64,000 bases of DNA from an uncultured Actinomycetota bacterium (GTDB lineage: Bacteria > Actinomycetota > Actinomycetes > JACCUZ01): assembly GCA_963794995.1 (NCBI GenBank), contig CAWCFV010000002.1, positions 363,849 through 427,848 of the forward strand, in the 5' to 3' direction. The notes beneath the pieces were generated by a model that did not search any database, was not told the DNA's origin, and saw nothing but the letters and a program-made list of their open reading frames with translations. This document shows positions 21,676 through 31,608 of the stretch, piece by piece. The translations under genes were made by a program, and so were the position numbers. The first letter of the stretch is position 1, and every line of letters begins with the position of its first letter.

Positions 21676-22527
21676 TCAGCCGCCCGCGTCGGCGGAGAGG
21701 AACGCCACGGCGTCACCCGCGTGCAGCGGCAGCTCGGGGTCGCGTCCGGTCTGGTCGCCGTTGACGGCAGCGAGGACGTGCCTGTCCAGCGGAAGGTCGA
21801 CCGACGACGCGGCCTCCCCGACCGTCGCGGCCGGCACGGTGCGGGCCCCGCGGCCGTGCCGCGTCGCGAGGACCCCGAAGCACTCGACCGTCACCGCCGG
21901 ACCGGGACGCGCACGGGCCGCGGCGTAGTCGTCCGGTTCGTTGACGTTCAGCACCGACTCCAAGGTGGGGTCGGCCTCCCGCAGCACCGGGTCACGGAGC
22001 AGCTCGTCGTCGTCGAGGCGCAGCACCGTCGCCTGCTCGAACACGAAGGCCGGGCGCAGCCGATCGGCCGCCACGAGCGCCGACACCCGGTCGGCCAGGC
22101 GGGTGCGGTAGGCCGCGGCGAGCGGCTGCGGGTACCCCCGAGCCACCGGCAGCACGACGTCGAGCCCCGGGTCGGTCCCGAGGGGTCGCACCACCCTGCG
22201 GACGAAGGCCGGGTGCAGGAACGGCAGGTCGGTCGAGCAGATGAACGCCGCCTGGGCCCGGCCGGTCAGCGCGGCCAGCCCGACGGCGATGCCTTGAAGC
22301 GGTCCCCGGCCCTCGCGCGGGTCGTCGACGACCTCGACGCCCTCGGGCAGCGGCGGCAGCGGCTGGCCCGGCGCGCGGACCACCAGCAGCGGCCCGAGCC
22401 CGGCACGCTCCAGCACGGCGCAGGTCCGGCGCAGCAGGGTCGAGCCGTGCCACTCGAGGTCGGCCTTGGCCCGGCCCATGCGCGACGACCGGCCCCCTGC
22501 CAGCACGACGCCGGCGTACCCGGCCAT
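21676..22527 (-). CDS. mobA: Molybdenum cofactor guanylyltransferase MobA fused to a C-terminal MoaD/ThiS-like ubiquitin-fold domain ending in Gly-Gly
   Basis: N-terminus ..AGVVLAGGRSSRMGRAKADL.. is the MobA fold. The C-terminal 85 aa (..VTVECFGVLATRHG..LAAVNGDQTGRDPELPLHAGDAVAFLSADAGG*) aligns to MoaD, including the terminal GG. ATG at 22525-22527; an alternative GTG start lies at 22552-22554. Confidence 0.8.
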   Translation of the reverse strand: MAGYAGVVLAGGRSSRMGRAKADLEWHGSTLLRRTCAVLERAGLGPLLVVRAPGQPLPPLPEGVEVVDDPREGRGPLQGIAVGLAALTGRAQAAFICSTDLPFLHPAFVRRVVRPLGTDPGLDVVLPVARGYPQPLAAAYRTRLADRVSALVAADRLRPAFVFEQATVLRLDDDELLRDPVLREADPTLESVLNVNEPDDYAAARARPGPAVTVECFGVLATRHGRGARTVPAATVGEAASSVDLPLDRHVLAAVNGDQTGRDPELPLHAGDAVAFLSADAGG

Positions 22528-22872
22528 CGCCTCGTCGTCCTGCGCGCGCTCCACCTGCCGATCGTAGGCACGTGCTCCCGTGCCCGTGTGACCGCGTCAC
22601 GGTCCGTGGCCGTCCTCTCACGGTGGGGCCGCCGGCGTCCTCTGGTCGGGTGGTCGTCGTCGGTTGTGGCAGCGACGCGCCACGCGCGGTCGTAGGTTCG
22701 CGGGGATCAGGACGCAGAGATCCGAGCCGTCCTCACCGGCCTCCTCGGAGGCACGGAGAGACGCGGTCGCCTAGACGGCTCGGGGAGCGAATGGCGAGAC
22801 CGACCCAGGAGACAGCCGCTGCCGGCGGCGCGAGGGGTGGGGTGACCGATGGCGTTCCCGAGGTCCACGACG

Positions 22873-23854
22873 ATGCGACGACTCGTCTGCACGGCAGGCG
22901 GCGTGCTGCTGGTGGCGGTGAGCGTCACGGCAACGACGCCCGCCACGGCGGCCGACCACGACAACCAGGCCTCCGACCGCGGCGCGGCGCAGCGAGCCGA
23001 TGCGCCGGGGCAGGTCAAGAAGCAGGACGCAGCACCGACGCCCGCGGCCGGGACGACCGGCTCCTCGCAGCCGGCGCCGACGTCCGGCGCCGCACCTGCA
23101 GGGCCCGCCACCACGGCGGCCGCGACCGCGACGGTGGGAGCCGACAGCCGTTCCGGCGCCCGCGGCGGCACCTCGGGAACCGTCGACCAGCCGCAGCCGC
23201 TGTCGACCGCCGACCGGAACCCCGGTGGGGCGAACGGTCAGTGCCCGGGGGGTGCGTACTGCTCCACGCGCAGCGGCCTGCCCTCGGGCAACGGCAACGG
23301 CAAGGGCAACGCGGTGGGCAAGCCGTGCGCCGGCTGCGTCGGCAAGGCGGACAACAAGAACCCGCCCGGTCAGCGCCCCGACGGGAGCGACCACAACAAG
23401 GGCTACGAGTGCGACGGCAACCACGGCATCGGCCGGACCAACCCGGCGCACACCGGATGTGCACGCACCACCCCGCCGCCGGTGACACCGCCGCCCGGTG
23501 ACCCCGCCCCCGGTGACACCGCCGCCCGTGACACCGCCGCCGGTGACCCCGCCGCCGGTGACCCCGCCCGTCACCCCGCCCTCGGTGACTCCCCCGCCGG
23601 TGACCCCGACCCCGGTCGCCCCCGAGTGCGTGCCGGCTGCCGGCCAGGACGCGGACTGCGTCGCGGTCGAGGGCGAGAAGAACGGTCCCGGGCGCGACCG
23701 GCCGACGAGCACGCCGCCGGCCGCGCCGGTCCGGGTCCTCGCGCAGACCGGGGGGAACGGCGTCCCCGGCCTCGTGACGATGGCCCTGCTCAGCGTCCTG
23801 GCCGGGTGCCTGCTCCTCGCCGCGGCCGCGCACGGCCGACCGGGGCGCCGCTGA
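22873..23854 (+). CDS. Secreted, LAXTG-anchored surface protein with a Cys-containing domain and (PPVTP)n repeats; frameshifted inside the repeat array
   Basis: Signal peptide MRRLVCTAGGVLLVAVSVTATTPATAADH. Mature Cys-rich region (GQCPGGAYCS, GKPCAGCVGK, GYECDGNHGIGRTNPAHTGC), then about 9 PPVTP 15-nt repeats. C-terminal sorting signal LAQTG plus a hydrophobic segment plus RPGRR. The reading frame switches by +1 at about 23494-23500, where one repeat unit carries an extra C. Confidence 0.6.
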
Positions 23855-23886
23855 CGCCGCCGGACGGCCAGGTCAGGTCGGCCAGG

Positions 23887-24735
23887 TCAGGCCACGACCG
23901 CCATGGTCGGCCGGTGCGCGTGCACGAGGACGTGCAGGCTCACCGAGCCGACCAGGGCGCCGGTCAGCCGCCCGTGGCCGCGCGACCCGATGACGAGCAG
24001 GCCCGCCGTCCGGGCTGCGTGGTCCAGCACGTGGGCCGGGTGACCGGTCACGACCCGCTCCTCGACCTCCAGGTCGGGGAAGCCGCTCCGGACCGGTTCG
24101 AGCACCTTCGCGACCAGCGACCCGCCCCACTCGACCAGCTCGCGGTCTGAGGGGCGCACGAGCGAGGCGCCGGCACGCGGCCACTGGACCGCGTGCAGTA
24201 CGACGAGCCGGACGCCCCTCAGCGAGGCCTCGGTGGCTGCCTGCCGCAGCGCCGACGCGCTCGAGGGCGACCCGTCGACGCCCGCCACGACGGGGGCACC
24301 CGGGTCGGCGTCCGCGACGTAGGCGGGGACGATCGTCACCGGGCACGGGGCGCGCTGCAGGCAGCGGAGGCCGACAGACCCCAGCAGGAGCCCGGAGACC
24401 CCCGTGTGGCCGCGGGCACCCATGACGAGCAGCTCGGCGTCGCGAGCCGCGTGCACGAGCTGCTCACCGGGGTCCCCGTGCTCGACCCGGGTGACCACCG
24501 AGACCTGCGGCGGCACTCCGGCCAGCTGCTCCTGCTGCATCCGCGTCGCGGCCTCCTCGACGCTCCGGTCCGTCACCAGGGTGGACCGGTCGGGCATCAG
24601 CGACGGGCCGAGCAGACCGCAGACGGTGACCACGTCGACCTGGGCGTCCCGCAGCGCCGCCTCCTCGAAGGCCCATCGGGCGGCGGCGGTCGAGTTGGGT
24701 GATCCGTCGAGACCTACCACGATGCGTCCGGACAT
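23887..24735 (-). CDS. Universal stress protein, tandem UspA domains
   Basis: MSGRIVVGLDGSPNSTAAARWA.. and a second ..PVVAGVDGSPSSASALRQA.. module. ATG at 24733-24735 with a GAGGAGG SD. The rest of the listed 787-aa ORF is antisense to the ATPase gene. Confidence 0.85.
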   Translation of the reverse strand: MSGRIVVGLDGSPNSTAAARWAFEEAALRDAQVDVVTVCGLLGPSLMPDRSTLVTDRSVEEAATRMQQEQLAGVPPQVSVVTRVEHGDPGEQLVHAARDAELLVMGARGHTGVSGLLLGSVGLRCLQRAPCPVTIVPAYVADADPGAPVVAGVDGSPSSASALRQAATEASLRGVRLVVLHAVQWPRAGASLVRPSDRELVEWGGSLVAKVLEPVRSGFPDLEVEERVVTGHPAHVLDHAARTAGLLVIGSRGHGRLTGALVGSVSLHVLVHAHRPTMAVVA

Positions 24736-24897
24736 TTCGCCTCCTCGCTGGGTCGTCCCCCCACTGTGGCCGCTCCCGCGGCCGGCTCGCCGGGGCCGGA
24801 CGGCACCCCCGCCCGGGACGTCCGGCCGGAGCGGCGGGCCGAAGGTCCGGGCCCTTCTGCCCTGTCCCCGGCACGGGTCGCGCGATGGGGTGGGGGC

Positions 24898-27604
24898 ATG
24901 GCCGCGACGACCACTCGGGCGAACGCGCCCCAGCACAGCCTGGACCAGTACGACGTGGTGGTCCTCCTGGGCAGCGACCCCAAGCGGGGGCTCACGGAGG
25001 CCGAGGCGGCGCAGCGGCTGGAGCGCTTCGGGCCGAACGTCCTGCCGGCCACCGCGGGCGTCTCGGCGCTCCGCCGGCTCCTCCGGCAGCTGCAGCACCC
25101 GCTCATCTACGTGCTGCTGGCAGCAGGTGCGGTGACCCTCGCACTCGGCGAGTACGTGGACTCCGCCGTCATCTTCGGGGTCGTCGTCGTGAACGCGGTC
25201 GTCGGCTACATCCAGGAGTCGCACGCCGAGGCGGCCCTGGACGCGCTGCGGGCGATGGTCCGCACCCGGGCCAGCGTGGTGCGTGACGGCCGGGCGCGCA
25301 TCATCGCCTCCGACGGGCTCGTCCCCGGTGACCTCGTCCGGCTGGAGGCCGGCGACAAGGTGCCCGCCGACCTGCGCGTCCTGCGCCACGCCGAGCTCAA
25401 CGTGGACGAGTCGGCGCTGACCGGCGAGTCGCTGCCGGTGGCCAAGGACGAGGCGGCCCTCCCGCTGGGCACCGCCGTCGCCGACCGCCGGAACATGCTG
25501 CACTCGAGCACGCTGGTCACGCACGGCAGGGCCTCGGCGATCGTCGTCGCGACCGGTGCCGACACCGAGATCGGCCGCATCCACCGCCTGGTCGGCACGG
25601 CCGACGTCCTCGCCACCCCCCTGACCCGCAAGCTGTCCTGGTTCAGCAAGGTGCTGACCGTGGTCATCCTCGGCCTGGCGGTCGTGACCTTCGCGATCGG
25701 CGTCCTGCGCGGCGAGCCGGTGGCAGGCATGGTGACGGCAGCGGTCGCCCTCGCGGTCGGTGCGATCCCTGAGGGGCTGCCCGCCGCGGTGACCATCACC
25801 CTGGCGATCGGCGTCTCCCGGATGGCCAGGCGCCGCGCCGTGATCCGCCGGCTGCCGGCCGTCGAGACCCTCGGCAGCACGACCGTGATCTGCACCGACA
25901 AGACCGGGACCCTCACCTCGAACCAGATGACGGTCCGGTCGCTGTGGACCCCGGCGGACCGGCTGGCCGTCACCGGTGTCGGCTACTCGCCGGACGGCCT
26001 GCTCACCGACGAGAGCGGACAGGTCGCGCTTCCCGGACCGGACAGTGCGGCGCACCTGAGCCTGCTGGCGGCGGCACTGTGCAACGACGCCCGGCTGGGC
26101 GAGGGCGCCCACCGGCTGGGAGGTCGTCGGCGACCCCACCGAGGGTGCCCTGCTCGTCGCGGCCGGCAAGGCGGGCTTCGACCTGGACGGCATCCGGGAG
26201 GACCTGCCTCGGACGTCCACGGTGCCTTTCACCTCCGAGCGCCGCTTCATGGCGACGCTTCACCAGGGCGGGACCACCGGCTCTCCGATGGTCCTCGTCA
26301 AGGGCGCCGTGGAGCGCGTCCTGCTCATGTGCGCCGACCAGCTGGGGGCCGGCGGTCGGGCCGCCCCGCTCGATCACGACGCCGTCACGGCTGAGGCCGA
26401 GCGGCTGGCGTCGGACGGGTTCCGCGTGCTCGCCACCGCCGTGTGCTCCGGTCCCGACTGCCGGCTCGACGAGGAGTCGCTGACCGGCACCCTGACGCTC
26501 ACCGGCCTGCTGGCGATGCACGACCCGCCCAGACCTGACGCCCGCGCTGCGGTGGAGAACTGTCACGCGGCGGGCATCGAGGTGAAGATGATCACCGGGG
26601 ACCATGCCGGGACGGCCCGGGCCATCGCGGCTCGGGTCGGGATCCTCCCCGAGCACGAGACCGGGGCCGTGCTCACCGGCCGTGACCTGGACGTCCTGTC
26701 CGACGACGAGTACGCCGACGCGGTCGACCAGGTGAGCGTGTTCGCGCGGGTGTCCCCCGAGCAGAAGCTGCGCCTGGTGCGGGCGCTCCAGACGCGCGGC
26801 CACGTGGTCGCGATGACCGGTGACGGCGTGAACGACGCCCCGGCCCTGCGGCAGGCGGACATCGGCGTCGCCATGGGTCGCGGGGGCACGGAGGTCGCCA
26901 AGGAGGCGGCCGACATGGTGCTGACCGACGACGACTTCGCCACGATCGAGGAGGCGGTGGAGGAGGGTCGCGGCGTCTTCGACAACCTGACCAAGTTCAT
27001 CGTGTGGACGCTGCCGACGAACATGGCCGAGGGCCTGGTCATCCTCGTGGCCATCGTCCTCGGGCAGGTGCTGCCGATCCTCCCGGTCCAGATCCTCTGG
27101 ATCAACATGACGACCGCCGTCGCCCTCGGCCTGATGCTGGCCTTCGAGCCCCGCGAGCCGGGCATCATGACGCGCCCGCCCCGGGACCCGTCCCGGCCGC
27201 TGCTCACCGGTGCCCTCGTGAGCCGCATCCTGCTGGTGTCGGCGCTGCTGGTGGGTGGCGCCTGGTGGGCCTTCGAGTGGGAGCGCGCCGCCGGGGCGTC
27301 CCTGGCCGAGTCGCGGACGGTGGCGCTCAACCTGTTCGTGACCGTCGAGGTGTTCTACCTGTTCGCCTGCCGGTCGCTGACCCAGCCGGTGCGCCGGATC
27401 GGCTACCTCAGCAACCACTGGGTCCTCGGTGGCGTGGCCGTCCAGGTCGTCGGCCAGGTCGCACTGACCTACCTGCCGGTCATGAACAGGCTGTTCCACA
27501 CGGCTCCCGTGTCGGCCGAGTCCTGGCTGCGCATCCTGGTCGTCGCGGTGCTGGCCTCGGTGGTCGTCGGGGTGGACAAGCGCCTCCGGCACCAGCCGAT
27601 GTAG
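24898..27604 (+). CDS. P-type cation-transporting ATPase (P2-type, Ca2+/Mg2+-like); apparent frameshift near 26105-26125
   Basis: Listed ORFs 24766..26394 and 26222..27604 together contain TGES, DKTGTLT, ..WEVVGDPTEGALL.., TGDHAGTA, MTGDGVNDAPAL and 10 TM segments. The two halves lie in frames 1 and 2 and join at ..CNDARLGEG / WEVVGDPTE. Confidence 0.85.
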
Positions 27605-27657
27605 GGCGCACCGCGTGGGGTGGGCCGTGCAGGGTGGGCAGCGGAGGGCCTGCCCGG

Positions 27658-27819
27658 CTATCCCTTCAGCACCCGGTACAGCCCGTAGATCACGCCAGGG
27701 ACGTGTCCGAGCAGCTGCAGCAGGAAGGCCCAGAGCACTCTGATGCTTGGCCCCTCCTTGAGCAGCACGGCCAGGAACGGGAGGAAGAAGCACAGGAGGA
27801 CGAGAAGTGCCTTGCGCAC
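27658..27819 (-). CDS. Pmp3/YqaE family small hydrophobic stress protein (UPF0057)
   Basis: 53 aa, VRKALLVLLCFFLPFLAVLLKEGPSIRVLWAFLLQLLGHVPGVIYGLYRVLKG. GTG start at 27817-27819. Confidence 0.7.
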   Translation of the reverse strand: MRKALLVLLCFFLPFLAVLLKEGPSIRVLWAFLLQLLGHVPGVIYGLYRVLKG

Positions 27820-27892
27820 GCGATGACCTCGGTTCGGTGAGTTCCCGGGCGACGGAGTCGCCGCAGGAGAGCGGCCGTGGACAGGGAGGCGA

Positions 27893-28636
27893 CTAGGACG
27901 GGACGCGCGCGCCGGTGGGGTCCACACCGGGGGCCTGCGGCACCTCCCTGCTCACCGGCAGGTCGAAGACGGGCGACACCAGAGCGGCGAGGGCGGCGCC
28001 GAGGAGTGGGGCAAGGACGAACAGCCAGACCTGCGAGAGTGCGTCACCTCCGGCGAGCAGGGCCGGACCCAGCGAGCGCGCCGGGTTCACCGAGGTGCCG
28101 TCCAGAGGAATCCCCACCAGGTGGATGACGACGAGGACCACCCCGATGGCGAGCCCCGCGAAACCAGGCGCCGCAGCACGCCCGGTCACGAGGATGACGA
28201 CCAGCACCAGCAGGCAGGTCCCGAGGACCTCGAAGACGAAAGCCCCACCGCCGCTGACGGTGTCTCCCCACGAGTTGGCACCCAGGCCACCGGTCTGGTC
28301 CTCGACCCCGCCGAAGTCCGAGGTCATGAGCTTGAGGAGCGCAGCAGCTGCGACACCACCGACGAGCTGCGCGCTCCAGTAGGCGCCGGCCTCGCGCAAG
28401 GACATCCCTCTGCGCAGCAGGACGCCGAGAGTGACCGCCGGGTTCACGTGGCAGCCGGAGGTCGGGCCGATCGCGTAGGCAAGAGCCAGCAGCGTCAGTC
28501 CGAACGCCAACGCGACCCCGGTCGCTCCGACCGCGTCGATGCCGAAGACGGCTGACCCCACGGCGAAGAACACCAGCGTGAACGTCCCGATGAGCTCTGC
28601 CACTGCCTTGCGCACCAGGTCAGACACGAGGGCCAC
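27893..28636 (-). CDS. aqpZ: Aquaporin Z (MIP family water channel)
   Basis: Two NPA boxes (HVNPAVT, SVNPARS) and six TM segments; 247 aa. Confidence 0.9.
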   Translation of the reverse strand: MALVSDLVRKAVAELIGTFTLVFFAVGSAVFGIDAVGATGVALAFGLTLLALAYAIGPTSGCHVNPAVTLGVLLRRGMSLREAGAYWSAQLVGGVAAAALLKLMTSDFGGVEDQTGGLGANSWGDTVSGGGAFVFEVLGTCLLVLVVILVTGRAAAPGFAGLAIGVVLVVIHLVGIPLDGTSVNPARSLGPALLAGGDALSQVWLFVLAPLLGAALAALVSPVFDLPVSREVPQAPGVDPTGARVPS

Positions 28637-28777
28637 CCGTCGTCACCGCTACCCGCGTTGGGAGCCAGGGGTGCACTCTCCTCGCCCGGGGCCGCGTCAG
28701 CAAGGGGAGACGTCGGTATGCGACCGCGGGGTCCGGACCGACCGCGGAAGGTCCCGCGTGTGCCGTCGCGCGACGGG

Positions 28778-30103
28778 TCACGCGACGAAACGACGGTGGT
28801 GCGCCAGGCGCACGCGCTCGAGATCGCCCTCGGGCAGCTCGTCCAGCCTGCTGCCCTCGAGTGTCAGGTCGGCCTGCCGACGCAGTGCACCGATGACCTC
28901 GGCGTGCACGACGGGGTCGAGCGAGTCGATCAGCAGTCGGAGGATCTCCAGCAGGTAGATCTGCACCGTAGGAGAACCTGCGGCGGCGATGCGCACCTCG
29001 TCGAAGGCCAGCCCGACCACCTCTGCTGCGGTGACGGCCTGGGACAGCAGCAGCCGGCGCTGACCCTCACGCAAAACCCTCTGTCCACCCAGGCCGCTGA
29101 CCACCACCCCACGCACCACGGTGCCCAGGTGGAACATGGCGTCCTGAGCCGTCGTGGGGTCGTTGATGCCGGGCGACAACGCCTTGAGGGCCACGTCGGC
29201 GAGCTGCCGGACCCCGAAGGTCCCGTCCTGCTGCATGGTGCGCGACGGGCCGACCATGACGGCTGCCCGGGCCGACGCCCGGGCCACGGCCTCGTCCTGC
29301 GGTGACGGCCAGATCGTGCACAAGGCGGTGCCGGTGATGGCGTAGCGTCCTGCCCTCGTCTCCAGACGCATGGTCGACCCGGGGCCGAGGGACTGCAGCA
29401 GCGCCCGGTGGTCGACCTGTTGGACCCATCCGTGGTCGTCGAAGGCGACGCGGAACCCTTCCCCGGGCGGCATCTCGCCGTCCTCGTCGTCTCCGGACGA
29501 CGGGGTGAGGACATCGGGTAGGCCCCGGAGCGCCTCGTCCGCAGCCCTGTGCAGGATGTGGGAGATGTTCATCGCATGCGCGCTGTGGCTGATGAAGCCC
29601 ACGATGGCGAGGATCGACACCAGGCCGAAGACCACGGCCAGCAGGATGGAGATGCTGGGCACGACAGCCTCGCCGCTCTGCTCCAGCGGACCCCGCACGC
29701 TGCGCAGCACGATCAGGCAGTACGTGAAGGTGCCGACCACCACGCCCATGACCCGCTTGTTGAACGGGTCGCGGAAGAGACCATGTGCCACGCGCGGCGA
29801 GTACTGGCTCGATGCCAGCGAGATGAGCAGCAGGCTCACCGAGAAGGCGATCGCGGCGAAGGTCAGCGTGGCGCCGGCGATGACACTGAGCACCTGACGG
29901 GCGCTGTCGACCGTCGAGGACAAGGGATCCGGGATGCTCTCCACCCGCGCGTCCACCACGAGTGCAGCCTCACCCAGGAGGACGGCACCGACGATGAAGA
30001 GCATCGGTACGTAGAACAGGCTGCTACGCAGCTTCTCCTGGGCCGACCGCAGCTTCACGAACACGTCAGTCTCCGACCTCTGTGGCGTCGCCCCCGTCGG
30101 CAT
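28778..30103 (-). CDS. DUF2254 domain-containing membrane protein
   Basis: 441 aa with N-terminal TM helices and the characteristic ..GINDPTTAQDAMFHLG.. region of the DUF2254 family. Confidence 0.7.
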   Translation of the reverse strand: MPTGATPQRSETDVFVKLRSAQEKLRSSLFYVPMLFIVGAVLLGEAALVVDARVESIPDPLSSTVDSARQVLSVIAGATLTFAAIAFSVSLLLISLASSQYSPRVAHGLFRDPFNKRVMGVVVGTFTYCLIVLRSVRGPLEQSGEAVVPSISILLAVVFGLVSILAIVGFISHSAHAMNISHILHRAADEALRGLPDVLTPSSGDDEDGEMPPGEGFRVAFDDHGWVQQVDHRALLQSLGPGSTMRLETRAGRYAITGTALCTIWPSPQDEAVARASARAAVMVGPSRTMQQDGTFGVRQLADVALKALSPGINDPTTAQDAMFHLGTVVRGVVVSGLGGQRVLREGQRRLLLSQAVTAAEVVGLAFDEVRIAAAGSPTVQIYLLEILRLLIDSLDPVVHAEVIGALRRQADLTLEGSRLDELPEGDLERVRLAHHRRFVA

Positions 30104-30289
30104 CTGGACGAGCCGTCGTCACCAGCGCGAGTGGAACGCTACATCGGACGCGCTGACGCCGGCCCCCGGCGCGCGGCCGCTCCGCTCGTCGCAGGCAGCG
30201 GTACGCTCCGGTGACCGCTGCGGCGTCGGCCGTCGTGACCCACCGTCGCGTCCGGCGAGACCCCCACCCCTGCGAAGCCGAGGTACGAG

Positions 30290-31318
30290 TTGAAGGTCCT
30301 GGTGACCGGCGCTACCGGCTACGTCGGCGGCCGACTCGTGCCGCTGCTGCTCGAACGCGGTCACGACGTGCGCACCACGACGAGCGACCCCGACCGCGAG
30401 CAGCCGTGGTGGGGCAGCCGGGTGGACACCGTCGTCATGGACGCGCTGGACGCCGGTCAGGTCACGGCCGCCTGCGAGGGTGTGGACGCCGTCGTCTACC
30501 TGATCCACGGGATGGGCGGCGAGGACTTCGCCGAGACCGACCGCCGGGCGGCCACCCATGTCGCCGACGGCGTACGGACCCAGGGCGTCGACCGGATCGT
30601 CTACCTCTCCGGCCTGGTTCCCGACGTCGCCGAGTCCGAGCTCTCGGAGCACATCAGGTCCCGACGGGAGGTCGAGCGGATCCTGGGTGAGACGTCCGCG
30701 ACCGTCGTCGTCCTGCGTGCGGCGGTGCTCCTGGGAAGCGGGTCCACCTCGTTCGAGATCATCCGGCAGGTCAGCGAACGGATGCCCGTGCACACGGTGC
30801 CGGACTGGATGGATTCGCTGGTGCAGCCGATAGCGGTCGTGGACGTGCTCGAGGCGCTGGTCGGTGCGCTCGGGTACACCGGCAGGTCGCGCCACTTCGA
30901 CGTGGGCGGACCCGACCGGCTGCGCTACGGCGCGCTGCTCGAGGCCTACACCGCCCAGGCGGGGCTCGAACGGCCCATGGTCCACGTCCCGCTGCTGCCC
31001 ACGACCCTCGTCGGCACCCTGGTGGGCAGCCTCACCGATGTCCCCCGGCCGACGGTCGAGGCGCTGGTGGAGAGCCTCCACCACGACATGGTCGTCGCGG
31101 ACAGCGACTTCGAGGCTGCCCTGCTTCCGGCAGGCCATCGGCTCGTGGGACTTGACGAGGCCCTCCGGCGGTCGCTCGCTCCGCAGGCGACCGGGCCCGA
31201 GGACTCGGACCCGATGGGTCCGCTGCCGCAGGACCCAGTCTGGGCCAGCGGCGGTGACGACCGCCCCCCGCTGGCTCGGGTGATCGACGCGGTCAAGAGC
31301 GTCGTGCCGGGTTCCTGA
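30290..31318 (+). CDS. NAD(P)-binding Rossmann-fold oxidoreductase (atypical SDR / NmrA-like)
   Basis: MKVLVTGATGYVGGRLVPLLLERGHDV.. is a GxxGxxG dinucleotide-binding motif. No catalytic YxxxK is obvious. Confidence 0.7.
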   Translation: MKVLVTGATGYVGGRLVPLLLERGHDVRTTTSDPDREQPWWGSRVDTVVMDALDAGQVTAACEGVDAVVYLIHGMGGEDFAETDRRAATHVADGVRTQGVDRIVYLSGLVPDVAESELSEHIRSRREVERILGETSATVVVLRAAVLLGSGSTSFEIIRQVSERMPVHTVPDWMDSLVQPIAVVDVLEALVGALGYTGRSRHFDVGGPDRLRYGALLEAYTAQAGLERPMVHVPLLPTTLVGTLVGSLTDVPRPTVEALVESLHHDMVVADSDFEAALLPAGHRLVGLDEALRRSLAPQATGPEDSDPMGPLPQDPVWASGGDDRPPLARVIDAVKSVVPGS

Positions 31319-31430
31319 GCGCATCACCTGCGGGGGCCCGGGGCGGTGGATCCGTCGGCGGACTGCTGGGCACGAGCAGCAAGGCCCCGCCCGATCTCGT
31401 CGGACGGGGTCTCGCTCCCGCAACTTCTCC

Positions 31431-31506
<76 letters not shown>

Positions 31507-31608
31507 GCACCCCGGCGGTCACCGCCGGAGCGGACCAACTCTAGCCGCACCCGGCGATCATGCGCGACGCGCCCCGGCAGGGATACGGGCAGGTCGCGCA
31601 TGCTCGGT

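Noticed and set aside
22572-23712. Gly/Arg-rich ORFs on both strands (22572-23501 plus, 22771-23712 minus, 23015-23833 minus)
   Set aside because: Alternative frames of the PPVTP-repeat surface-protein gene and its GC-rich N-terminal region.
24736-26250. N-terminal 500 aa of the listed 787-aa minus-strand ORF
   Set aside because: Only the C-terminal 282 aa (tandem Usp) are protein-like. The remainder is antisense to the P-type ATPase.
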